DNA of 63,885 bases, the filler included, from Thelocarpon superellum (taxonomy: Eukaryota), in assembly GCA_026025795.1 (NCBI GenBank). It is 3 parts of 3 records of this genome, joined end to end, with 100 filler letters (N's around TTAATTAATTAA, not from the genome) between each part and the next. Parts side by side here need not be neighbours in the genome. Positions count along the whole stretch, not along the records: positions 22,318 to 44,246 come from JAPEUG010000302.1; 2 more parts are not named here. One strand, written 5' to 3'. This document shows positions 22,318 to 33,344 of this stretch, piece by piece. A model generated the notes under the pieces. The model worked only from the letters and a program-made list of their open reading frames with translations, was not told the origin of the DNA and made no database searches. The first letter of the stretch is position 1; every line of letters starts with the position of its first letter. The position numbers were made by a program, and so were the translations under genes.

Positions 22318-24116
22318 TCGTTCTCCTTCTCGTCGTCCCGACCACCGGCGTACTTCTTCTCATCTGCCTCCCACTTCTCGCGCTCCACGTTGTTGCGCGC
22401 GCGGTAGGCCCGCGCGAAGCGCCAGGCTTCCGTGTCCGCCAGATTCCACGCCTCGATCATCTCGCGCACGCTCTTCTGCTGCCGCCCGTTGCTCTTCACC
22501 GCCACCCGGGCCTTGTCCAGCAGCGTCTTCTGCAGCCGGAGATCATCGCTCGACAGGGTCACGGGCGATGGCCGCTTGGCCTTCTCCGCTTTCGGCAGCT
22601 GGAAGCCAAAGTGCCACTCGAGCTCCGTCGGGGCCCCCTTCTCCGGCGTCAGCCAGAGGCTGTGCACGCTGTTGAAGTCGCCCGCGACCAGCTCCTTGAA
22701 GCGGCTCACGCGCGGCCCAGATCCCACGTCGGCGCCCAGCAGCTCCTGCGTCACCGCCATCGTCCATGCGTCGCGGTCCGTCTCGCGTCGGATGAAGCGC
22801 CGGTCGAGCTCCTCCCGCTTGGAGAGGAGCGAGGCCATCGTGTAGGGGTGCGGGACCGTGCCGATGCTGTAGATGGTCGAAACGTTGCGGAAGCTCGTCG
22901 GCGTCGCGATCAGAGGGAGGTGGCCCGGGTCGCACCCGCCGCATTTGGGCCGGTTGGGCGGGCAGGACAAGGGCATGGGCGACCGGGGACACTGCGCCAA
23001 GGCCGTCGCCAGGTCCAACGCCGCCTCGACCAAGGTCAGCGAGACCTCGGGGAGCGGCATGAGCACCGAGAGCCCGCCGGAGTAGATGTCGTGGAAGGTG
23101 AGGTGGAGATGGCCGTTGATCAGCTCGGCGAGCATCTCCAGGCCCTTAGCCGGTGCTTCCTTCAGCGCCGTGCTCACGACCGAGTACTTCTTGTCCACGA
23201 TGGATGACTCGTAGTACGCCACGCTGCCGGAGTGGGCGTCCATCTGAAAGGTCTGCTTGGGCACGGCGTCGATGAAGGAGCGCGATTCTTTGAACTTGGG
23301 ATTGGCCAGCGCCTGCTTCACCGCGGCCGTGATGGCCGCCTGTTCGCCGCAGAAGAGTCCGCTGCCCAGGCCGTCGTAGCGCGTGAGCCCGACGAAGTCG
23401 CCGCGTCGGAGATGCGCCAGCAGCAGGTCTTCGCGAGGCGCATTGGGGACCGCCAGCCAGCTGGCCAGGATACCCGACCCCATGTGCTCCCAGGCCAGCC
23501 ATCGGGCCAGCTCGGCTTCCATCGTCGGTTCCATCTGCAGCGCCCGGAGACTCTCGTACATGGGATTATTCATCGCCTCCGCCCGGCCCAACACCACCGG
23601 TCGAAAGCCCTGCGCCCACCAGGCCCGCCGCCAGGTGAGCAGCAGCCGATCCTCAGCGCGATGAGCCGCCTCATCCTTGGCCGAGTCGGCCTCGTAGAAG
23701 GTGTAGATCGGCGGCCGGGTTCGGAGGGGCGGCAAGACCGAACGGTTCTCGTCCAGCGTGATGGTGGAGGAGAAAGGATTGAGCCACTTCCAGTGGCTGT
23801 ACCACGACACCTGCCCATTGCTGCTGTTGACTTGCACCGGCGGCTTATGCGCCGCGGGTGCAAAGGGATTGGGAAAATTGGGCAACGAGATGCTAGGGAT
23901 GTTGGGCGCGGGGATGTGCCCGGTGATCTGCTCGCTGAGGTGGTGCGGAAAATCCCCCGTCAAGGTCGACACGCTGGGCACGCTGGGTGTGGAGGAGAGG
24001 ACGACGAAGAGAAAGGTGGTGATGATGGAAAGACTGCCACACAGCGCATAGGTGATGCGACGAGGCGGGAGGGTCGGCGAGACAGGGTGACCACAGACGG
24101 TATACTGCACCGGCAT
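22318..24116 (-). CDS. Fungal type II membrane protein of unknown function (3' end cut by the linker)
   Basis: ~600-codon GC3-rich ORF; N-terminal TM anchor (LSIITTFLFVVL); Pro/Ser stem; motifs WKWLNPFSS.ITLDENRSVLPP, WRRAWWAQGFRPVVL, CPPNRPKCGGC and EAWNLADTEAWRFARA. Confidence 0.85.
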
Positions 24117-24694
24117 GATTCACGCGGGGACCGAGTGGCTCGCCAAATGCGCGTCGTGGCGGATTGGCGGTCGCACGGGCTTATCGCATGAGGGTCAGGA
24201 GAGGTGTTCGAGGGAGGAGAGGGAGGGAGCTGCGCCGGAGCGGACGGACGATCTTCGCGTTGGGGGCCGACGCTGTCCTCATTGCAAGCGCCGCAGACTC
24301 TCACGACTTGCGAAAAGAGGAAACACGACACAGTCCAGGCTGGATAACGACCACAGTCGCAATCGACGAGTGCTTCTCTCCCCTTGGAAGGTGTGAGAAG
24401 AGACGGGAGCTGTGGTACGTGTACGACGAACGACGGCGGCCGCGTACCTTCCGCAGTACGACCGGACCCAATTGGGAAAGGATGCACGTGACGCTGTTCC
24501 AGGCCGAGTAACGCCGTTTTCGCATCCGATAGCGGAGGATCCCCGGACATTTTTATGTCACTGACCGCGATATTTGGACGGGTCATTCTGGGGGCGCCCC
24601 AGCCTACCCCGTGACTCGGATCGAGTCTTTGGGGAACGTGTGCGTCGGCGTCTTGATCTGCTGAGGCCCGGCCAACTGATACTCCCGCATCGGC

Positions 24695-27600
24695 ATGTCT
24701 CCGGTCGATGGCAAATCGAACGGGGCCACACCGGTCTCGGTGCTGCCTGACCCCACGCAAGACTTGCACTGGTCCCGCTTTCGGGGGGCGATCCATGATA
24801 TCTTTCATCAAAATGCCCTGGGACATCCCCATCGGCCCTGCGTGGTGGAGACGACCGGTCGGGAATTCAGTTACCGGCAGATTGATCAGGCGTCCAATGT
24901 CCTCGCCCATCACTTGGTGCAGTCTGGGCTGCAGCGTGATGAGGTGGTCATGGTCTATGCCCACCGAGGCGTCGACCTGGTCGTGGCTGTCATGGGCGTG
25001 CTCAAGGCGGGAGGCACCTTCTCGGTCATCGATCCCGCCTATCCTCCTGAGCGACAGACCATCTACTTGGATGTCGCCCGCCCACGCGCCTTGGTCGTGC
25101 TCGAGAGGGCCAGTCAAGAGGCAGGCATGATCGCTCCGCTGGTACGCACGTTCATTGCGGAGCATCTGAACCTGCGCACCGAGGTGCCCGCTCTCGCCAT
25201 AGCCGATGACGGGACCTTGCGTGGAGGGACGGTGGACGGGCGGGATGTGCTGGCGGCCTACACCTCCCGGCAGGCCCAGACTCCCGGCATCGTCGTCGGC
25301 CCCGATTCCACGCCCACGCTGTCCTTCACGTCCGGCTCGGAGGGCCGACCGAAAGGAGTGCGCGGCCGTCACTTCTCTCTGGCCTACTATTTTCCCTGGA
25401 TGGCAGAGCGCTTTCACCTGAGCGAGAACGACCGCTTCACCATGCTCAGTGGCATCGCACATGATCCCATCCAGCGGGACATCTTCACGCCCCTATTCTT
25501 AGGCGCACGCTTACTGGTGCCGGCCAAGGAAGACATTCAGCACGAACGGCTCGCCGAGTGGATGGGTGAGCACGGGGCCACCGTGACCCATCTCACCCCG
25601 GCCATGGGCCAAATCTTGGTGGGCGGCGCCAGCGCCGAGTTCCCCACCCTCCACCATGCCTTTTTCGTCGGCGACATCCTCATCAAACGAGACTGCCGAT
25701 CGTTGCAGCGCCTGGCACACAATGTGAACATTGTCAACATGTATGGCACGACCGAGACCCAGCGTGCCGTCAGCTTCTACGAGATCCCATCGTGGAACCA
25801 AGATCCCACCTATCTGTCCAAGATGAAAGATGTCATTCCTGCGGGCAAAGGCATGATGGACGTACAGCTACTTGTGGTGGATCGACAAGACACCTCCAAG
25901 CTGTGTCCTGTTGGCGCCATCGGCGAGCTTTACGTGCGCGCGGGCGGTTTGGCCGAGGGATACCTGGGCGCGCCCGAGCTGACGCGGAAGAAGTTTGTCG
26001 CCAACTGGTTTGTGGATCCCCAACATTGGGTGGAGGAGGACCGGCAACGCACGCAGTACGAGACCCCACTCCCTTGGCGACGGTACTACTTGGGGCCCCG
26101 CGATCGGCTCTATCGGACGGGTGATCTCGGGCGATACACGCCGTCGGGCGACGTGGAATGCTGCGGTCGCGTGGATGACCAGGTCAAGATCCGAGGCTTC
26201 CGCATCGAGCTGGGCGACATCGACACAAATCTCTCGCAGCATCCGCTGGTGCGCGAGAACGTGACGTTGGTCCGACGCGACAAGGACGAGGAACCGACGT
26301 TGGTGAGCTACATTGTGCCCGACTCAACTAAATGGCCGCAGTGGCTCAAGGACAAGGGGCTGAAGGAAGACGTCAAAGGTGAAGGAATGGCTGGGATGTT
26401 ACGCCGCTACCGCGCCTTACGTGACGATGCACGCGACCATCTGCGGCAGAAGTTACCGGCCTACATGGTTCCCACTGTGATTGTACCCTTGGAGCGGATG
26501 CCCCTGAATCCTAATGGCAAAGTCGACAAGCCTGCCCTGCCCTTCCCCGACAGTGCTGATCTCACCGCGGCATCTTTACGAAGGCTCTCGATCTCGTCCT
26601 CGCCACTATCAGACACGGAGCAAACATTGGCGAGCATCTGGGCCGGCGTGCTGCCGCACGTGTCGGCACGGATGATCAACCCTGACGATTCGTTTTTTGA
26701 CCTCGGCGGCCACAGTATCCTGGCCCAACAGATGTTCTTCGCCATGCGACGGCAGTGGAAGACGGTGGATCTCAGCATGAATGCCATCTTCCGTGACCCG
26801 ACCTTGCGAGGGTTCGCCGGGGAGATCGATCGTCGTCTTGGCTCTACAGAGGGCACGAATGGCCAGGACCTGCGCCGTGCTGATCCGTCGCACACCTGGC
26901 CCCGGGACACGGTGGAGGACTATGCTGGGGATGCCTCGAAACTTGCGGAACTGCTGCCTCGGCGCTTTGACGATCCGCGTGACACGAGCACGGCGACGTC
27001 CGTCCCTCGCACGGCCTTCCTCACTGGGGCCACCGGATATCTAGGCGCCTACATCCTCCGTGATCTTCTCCAGCGTACATCTCCTCCGCTCGACGTGATC
27101 GCTCATGTGCGGGCGACGGATGAGCGCGAGGCGCTGGAGCGAGTGCGCAAGAGTTGTCAAGCGTACGGCGTTTGGTCGCCGTCGTGGGCCTCGCGTCTCC
27201 GCTGCGTGGCCGGGAACCTAGGTCAAGCGCGACTCGGGATGGGTCAGACGCAGTGGGACCAGGTGGCGCAGGACGCGGACCTCATCATTCACAATGGCGC
27301 ATGGGTGCACTGGGTCTATCCCTACTCCAACCTCAAGGCGTCCAACGTGCAAGGCACCATCGACGCCCTAGCTCTGTGTGCCGTGGGCCGGCCCAAACGA
27401 TTCGTCTTTGTCAGTTCCACTAGCGTGCTCGACACGACGCATTATGTCGATCTCTCGGCCAAGATCGTCGCGGCCGGTGGTCGTGGCATCAGCGAGGCAG
27501 ACGACCTTGAAGGGAGTCGTCATGGACTTGGGAGTGGGTACGGGCAGAGCAAATGGGTGAGCGAGTACCTCGTGCGTGAAGCCGGCCGACGGGGTCTCGG

Positions 27601-28318
27601 AGGTGCCATCGTGCGGCCGGGTTACGTGACGGGGGATTCGCGTAGTGGAGGTATGCCAAGCGGACCGACTTGAGTGGCTGAGCTGACTTGGGGACTAGTC
27701 ACGAACACGGACGACTTTCTCATCCGCATGGCCAAAGGATGTATCCAGCTTGGCTGTCGCCCGTCCATTGCCAACACGATCAACATGGTCCCGGTCGATC
27801 ACGTCGCCCGGATCGTCGTCGCCGCCGCCCTGTTCTCCCCTTCCGCGGCACTCACGGTGGTGCAAGTGACAAGCGCCAAACGGCTGCGGTTCCACCAGTA
27901 CCTCTCCACCCTGACAGCCTACGGCTACGTCGTCCCCGAGGTCGACTATGCCACATGGCGGTCGAGCCTCGAGGCGTATGTGGCGGACGGCGCACGGGAG
28001 ACACATGCCCTCCTTCCCTTGTATCACTTTGTGACGGGCGATCTCCCGGCCCATACGATCGCGCCGGAGCTCGACGACACGAACGCCACCGCCGTGCTTC
28101 ACGCCGAGAGCCGAGCTGAGAGAGATGCACACGCACATGTGGAGACCAAGGCGTCGGTGTCAGAAGAGCTCATGGGACACTATCTAGGCTATCTTATCAC
28201 GATCGGCTTCCTGCAGGCGCCGCCGTCGCCTGGGACGAGGACGTTGCCGACGTGCACCATGTCTACTGAGCAGCGAGAAGCTCTGTCACAGGTCGGCGGA
28301 CGAGGCGGGCTAGTATAA
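24695..28318 (+). CDS. LYS2: L-2-aminoadipate reductase (A-T-R, NRPS-like)
   Basis: A-domain motifs LSFTSGSEGRPKG, NMYGTTETQ, YRTGDLGR and NGKVDK; PCP FFDLGGHSI; reductase FLTGATGYLG and YGQSKW. Intron 27651-27698; ~1191 aa. Confidence 0.97.
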
Positions 28319-29227
28319 CACGACACGAGTTTAGGTACTTAGATGCAATAGAAGACTACCTGAGCACAGCCTCACAGAAGTGCGGTATCTGTTCCAACAA
28401 TTGGTAGACATTGATACGATGGCGTTGGCGGTGACAGTTGGCCGGGGTGTCTTTTCTCGTGTCTCGTCGTCGAAAGAATCCGGGGAACTTCGGTTGTTGA
28501 TTGGCCTGTGCACGTGAAGCTATCTTTAGACTGGGGGCGCTCCCATCAGCACCCGCGAGTCTCTTTAGCGCCGGTAAGTTTCAGGAGAGCCTCGCGGCAA
28601 GCGACGACTCGACCGCGGGGCTCTCCCGTGCCATCTCTGTACCCGACTCCGACCCTGGCTCCCACTCCCGACCTACAGCAGCAAGTGCAAAGGCGATCTG
28701 GGCATCTCACCACGAGCCGGAACTTGACGAACTAGCCGGTCAGGTGATCGGAGTCGCGTACTCCACCATGTGCCCCTTCTGGCCCGTGCACCGCAACGGC
28801 TCGGAATCATGGCGCCACGGAACAATAGGACAAACAATGCACTCGTTCGACGGCCGTGTGCCAGATGATTGAGTAAGAGTAAGTGAATGGATGGATGGAT
28901 GGATGGCAATGATGCAAGACAGCTGTGACGCATTCAGTGATGATGACGAGCAGCAACGGCGACGAAGGTCTCGCTCTCCGCTTGCCGGTGCTGGGTGCTT
29001 CGCACCATGAGCCGACGGGGCGTCGATGATTGGTGGCGGCCTTGCGTCGGGATAGTCGAGCGCTTACGCCCCGGGTTGGCGCGACGACGACGACAACGAC
29101 AAAGAGCACGAGGGTGCACGAGAATAGCCCTCTTCACGATGCGCTGAAACGCCCCGTCTTGAGCGCTCTTTGTTTCGTCGGTCGTCGGCCGTTGGTCGTC
29201 AGACTTGGCGAGTCTCAGCCTCGATCA

Positions 29228-29252
29228 CAGAGAGAGAGAGAGAGAGAGAGAG
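29228..29252. repeat. (AG)n microsatellite upstream of PRM1
   Basis: Run of about 12 AG dinucleotides. Confidence 0.9.
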
Positions 29253-29488
29253 AAATGGGGTCAGTTGACATGGGCGCGGCTGGGCGCGGTCCAGCTCATT
29301 GTGTTATCTAGTCGTCATTCACCCACCTAATGATATGAGTCTTGTCGCGCCTATTGTCTCTACCTTTCTTCTCTCTTCTCGCCCCGGCGGTGCCTCTTCG
29401 CTGGCTCGACTCATTTGCTCTGCCGGTTCACGTCACCTTTCCTTTCCTTGCGACTCCGCACCTCGGACTGCATCTCCTATTCTCATCG

Positions 29489-31759
29489 ATGCCTTTCTCT
29501 TCTCCTTTCCGCGCCCTGTCTCCACTGGCTGGACTCCGACGCTTCATGCAGTCCACGACGGCCATGTCGTCGACCGCGAACGGCCCCTCCTCCTATCCCG
29601 CGATGCCTTCGACGTTACGTGATCATGATCCCGCCGACCCGCTCCCGCCCGCCGCTCACACCGCGCCGGGCGTGACGCCGTACCTCGGGCTGCATGGACG
29701 ACTGTCGCAGGTATGGCTCAACAAATGGACCGTCCTGATTTTCCTCCTCCTCGTGCGCCTGCTGCTTGCCATCACGAGCATGAACAATGACATTGCCTCT
29801 GCGCGGAAAGAGGCCCTGTCGGCGTGTACGGGGGTGGAAAGCATGGGTAGCGCCATGGCGTCGTTGCCGCACTACATGGCGCAGGGCACCAATGACCTGG
29901 CGGCGACGGGGGTGGAGAAGGCGGTCAACGGGCTGATGTCGATGCTCATGCTCAGCCTGACGGGGGTGGAAGAGATTGTCGTCTTCGTGCTGAACCTCCT
30001 GACCTCGACCTACGTCTGTCTCATCACGCTGGTCATCAGCGGGAGCCTGCACGTCGCCCTGCAGGTGGCCAAGGACGTGGCCGACTTCCTCAACAAGACG
30101 CTGGGCGACATCACCACCGACATCACCACCGACATCAGCAGCTTCCAGAACGATCTCAACACGTTCACGAGCGCGCTCAACAGCGTGCCCAAGATCTTTG
30201 GCAGCAGCAGCACCATCCCGACGCTGAACATCAACTCGTCGCTCGACAAGCTCGATGACCTGCAGCTGCCGTCGACGCTGGACGAGGGACTGCAGAAGCT
30301 GAACAGCTCCATCCCGACCTTTGCCCAAGTGCAGAACTTCACCGACAACGTCATCCGGACGCCGTTCGAGGCGGTCAAGACGCTCGTCAACCAATCCATG
30401 GTCGCCTTTCACTTTGACCGATCCGTCTTTCCCGTGCCGCAAAAGGAGCAGCTGACCTTCTGCTCCGACAACAACGGCGTCAACGGATTCTTCGACGGCC
30501 TGGTCGAGACGGCGTACGTGGCGCGCAAGATCTTCCTCGGCGTGCTCGTAGTCCTGGCTATCCTCGCCTGCATCCCCATGGCCTACCGCGACATACGCGG
30601 GTGGCGGACGATGCACTCGCGCGCGCAGCTCTTCCAACAAAAGGCCCTGGATCCCTTGGACGTGGTGCAGATCATCTCGCGGCCCTACACGTCGACGGCC
30701 GGGATCGCTGCGGCAAACAAGTTCCAGTCGCCGCGGCGGCAGGTGCTCGTACGCTGGTTTGTGGCATACATCACGACGCCACCGGCGCTATTTGTGCTCA
30801 TGCTGGGCTTGACGGGACTGATGGGATGTCTGTTTCAGTACATGCTGCTCAAGGCGGTGGAGCGCGAGGTGCCGGCGTTGGCGGCAGAGGTGGGGGACTT
30901 TGCAGGCCAAGTGATCAACAAGCTCGAGAGCGCGTCGACCTCCTGGGCCAACGGGGCCAACGGGGTCATCGACAGCACGAACCACGACATCAACACGGAG
31001 ATCCTGGGATGGGTCAACACGACGACGGGCGCGGTCAACGACACGCTCAATGCGTTTTCGGACCAGATGTCGGACGCGCTGAACGCGACCTTTGCCGGCA
31101 CGGTGCTCCTCGACCCGATCACAGAGGTGCTGAACTGCCTGATCGGGCTGAAGATTGCGGGCATCGAAAAGGGCCTGACATGGGTCTCGGACAATGCGCA
31201 CGTCGACTTTCCCACCTTTCCCAACAACACCTTTTCGCTCGGCGCCGTGGCCAGTCTGGCCGGCAACTCATCCAACGGGACGGACAGCTTCCTGGCCAAC
31301 CCCAGTTCGGAGTCGAGCGATCTCATCACCAGCGCCGTCGACTCGCTGCTCAACAAGATCGCCGACGGCATCCAGACCGAGGCTTTGATCTCCCTCGCCG
31401 TGGTCATGGTGTGGGTGGCGGTTGTCATCATCGGGCTCCTCCGCACGCTGATGCTCTTCTACGGCCGAGACCGGACACGGGCCGAGGGCGGCCCCTCGTA
31501 CAACATGGCGGACGTGGACAACGATCCGTTCCGCGACCCGGCCTACCGCGGCCCGGCAGATCTCCCGGCCTATGGTGCACGAACGGCGAGAGACGGGCAG
31601 ACGTGGCAAGAGGGTCAGGCATGGCACGACGTGTCGTTGAACAACGCCAGTTCCACCCGGGGAGGAAAGGTGGGGTTCGCAGGCGAGCGAAACAACGTCG
31701 TATTTGACCGGGGACTGGCTCGATCGAGCTCGTATGGGGTCATGGATGAGAAGCGGTGA
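29489..31759 (+). CDS. PRM1: Plasma membrane fusion protein Prm1 (pheromone-regulated)
   Basis: TPYLGLHGRLSQVWLNKWT, ALSACTGVESMGSAMASLPHY, CLIGLKIAGIEKGLTWV; multiple TM helices. First ATG is 29489; the true start may be a later Met. Confidence 0.93.
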   Translation: MPFSSPFRALSPLAGLRRFMQSTTAMSSTANGPSSYPAMPSTLRDHDPADPLPPAAHTAPGVTPYLGLHGRLSQVWLNKWTVLIFLLLVRLLLAITSMNNDIASARKEALSACTGVESMGSAMASLPHYMAQGTNDLAATGVEKAVNGLMSMLMLSLTGVEEIVVFVLNLLTSTYVCLITLVISGSLHVALQVAKDVADFLNKTLGDITTDITTDISSFQNDLNTFTSALNSVPKIFGSSSTIPTLNINSSLDKLDDLQLPSTLDEGLQKLNSSIPTFAQVQNFTDNVIRTPFEAVKTLVNQSMVAFHFDRSVFPVPQKEQLTFCSDNNGVNGFFDGLVETAYVARKIFLGVLVVLAILACIPMAYRDIRGWRTMHSRAQLFQQKALDPLDVVQIISRPYTSTAGIAAANKFQSPRRQVLVRWFVAYITTPPALFVLMLGLTGLMGCLFQYMLLKAVEREVPALAAEVGDFAGQVINKLESASTSWANGANGVIDSTNHDINTEILGWVNTTTGAVNDTLNAFSDQMSDALNATFAGTVLLDPITEVLNCLIGLKIAGIEKGLTWVSDNAHVDFPTFPNNTFSLGAVASLAGNSSNGTDSFLANPSSESSDLITSAVDSLLNKIADGIQTEALISLAVVMVWVAVVIIGLLRTLMLFYGRDRTRAEGGPSYNMADVDNDPFRDPAYRGPADLPAYGARTARDGQTWQEGQAWHDVSLNNASSTRGGKVGFAGERNNVVFDRGLARSSSYGVMDEKR

Positions 31760-32286
31760 CTACCCCCGCACGAGGTGTGAGATACTCGGGTCTGTTGGAA
31801 GCATTTTCTATCGGAGACCGGAGACACGGGGGATTATTTCTAGCGACGTGGCGAACGGGAGACACGAAGCGAGCATTGACGGCGTTTGAGGATCCGCATT
31901 TCAGACGGAGTATGACACGGAATATCCAGAGAATGGCTGATGAATCAATGAACCAAGGAGCAAAAAGGGAGGTAACGTACGGTAGATGCGCGCTGAGGAG
32001 GGGATCTGAATTGACCAGATTTCTGTTCTTACGTTGATGCCCATGAAATAGCACCTACTTGCCAAATAAATTCGAAATATTGATGTTGTGCGGGGCCAAC
32101 GGGGGAGCTCCCCATTATCTCGAAGCTTGCTCGCCTGCCCCACCCTACGTCATTGCTCCACGTCGCCCTCCTCCGCTATCGCCCTCCATCCGTCAAAAGC
32201 TCATCATCTCCTTTACGAATCCCCAATCCGACCTACTCGTAACGAGCCACACAGCAGGCAGGCAGGCAGGCAGGGAGGCAGGCACA

Positions 32287-33242
32287 ATGAAAGTACTCAT
32301 CATAGGCGCGACGCGCGGACTAGGCGCCTCCCTAACGACCCTCTACGCCTCGGACACGAACAACACCGTCTTCGCGACCTCGCGATCTGGCGAGGCGAGA
32401 CACGAGAAGAACGTGCACTGGATCCCTGGAATCGACATTGCCGACGCAGAGGCGGGCGACAAAGTAGTCGACTACCTGAGACAGCACGACGACGAAAGCA
32501 GCAGCGGCGGCTCACTGAAACTCGACATCGTCATCCTCACCGCGGGCTATTTCGGCTTCGAAACCTTCGACGAGCCGGACTTCGACAAGGAGGTGAAGAT
32601 GTACACGACTAGTGCCATCGGCCCCGTCTTTCTCGTCCGCTCCCTGATGAAAGCGGGCGTTGTGCGTGAGTCATCTTCAACGCATTCCACCACCAACACC
32701 GCCACCGAGGAGGGGAAGGAGGAGGGGGATGGACGGCACAAGAAGAGGACAAAGACAGACACAGAGACAGGAGGCAAGATCATCGTCGTCACGAGCGAAA
32801 GCGGCTCCATTGCGCTCCGGCACGAGAAGGAAGGCGGAGGGAACTACGGCCACCACGGTAGCAAAGCGGCGTCGAATATGGTCGTGAAGCTGCTCAGTCT
32901 CGATCTGCTCCCGCGGGGAGTCGCGGTCGTCGCGCTGCATCCGGGTTTCATGCGCACGGAGATGACGAAGCACGTCGGGTTCGATCGCTTCTATGATGAT
33001 GGAGGCGCCGTTACGCCCGATGAGGCGGCGGAGAGCCTGGTGCAGTTCGTCAGGGAGAGAGTCGATGTGGGCCTTACGGGCCAGTACTGGGCCCCGAGGG
33101 GTCCGAGGTATGTCTACACGATGCTCTCCTCACTCGTGCCATGGAGCGGTGCTGATTTGGATTGGGCAATCTAAGGGATATAGGCACCGCCGAAGCCGTC
33201 CTGGGTAAAGATCTGCCAACGCCGTTGCAACTCCCGTGGTAG
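32287..33242 (+). CDS. Short-chain dehydrogenase/reductase (CsgA-like)
   Basis: MKVLIIGATRGLG, DIVILTAG, TSESGS; catalytic region YGHHGSKAASN; LHPGFMRTEMT. Intron 33108-33175; C-terminus ..PLQLPW*. Confidence 0.9.
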
Positions 33243-33344
33243 AGGAGATCATCAATTCAGCCAAATCGCCGGTCTTACACGTCACATCGTCCATCATTCA
33301 AAACCATCCCACATGGTACTAGTAGAAACTGGTAAACAGGAAAA

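Noticed and set aside
24695..28318. NRPS-like A-T-R gene as the core of a secondary-metabolite cluster
   Set aside because: The motifs match primary-metabolism Lys2, and no tailoring enzymes, transporter or cluster TF lie next to it.
28478..28495. GAAGTTCCCCGG on the minus strand, resembling RNase MRP CR-I
   Set aside because: No matching CR-V (GGGGCTYA) downstream to form P4.
29255..29311. Short ORF ending HCVI* upstream of PRM1 (pheromone precursor?)
   Set aside because: Cys is third from the end, so this is not a CAAX box.
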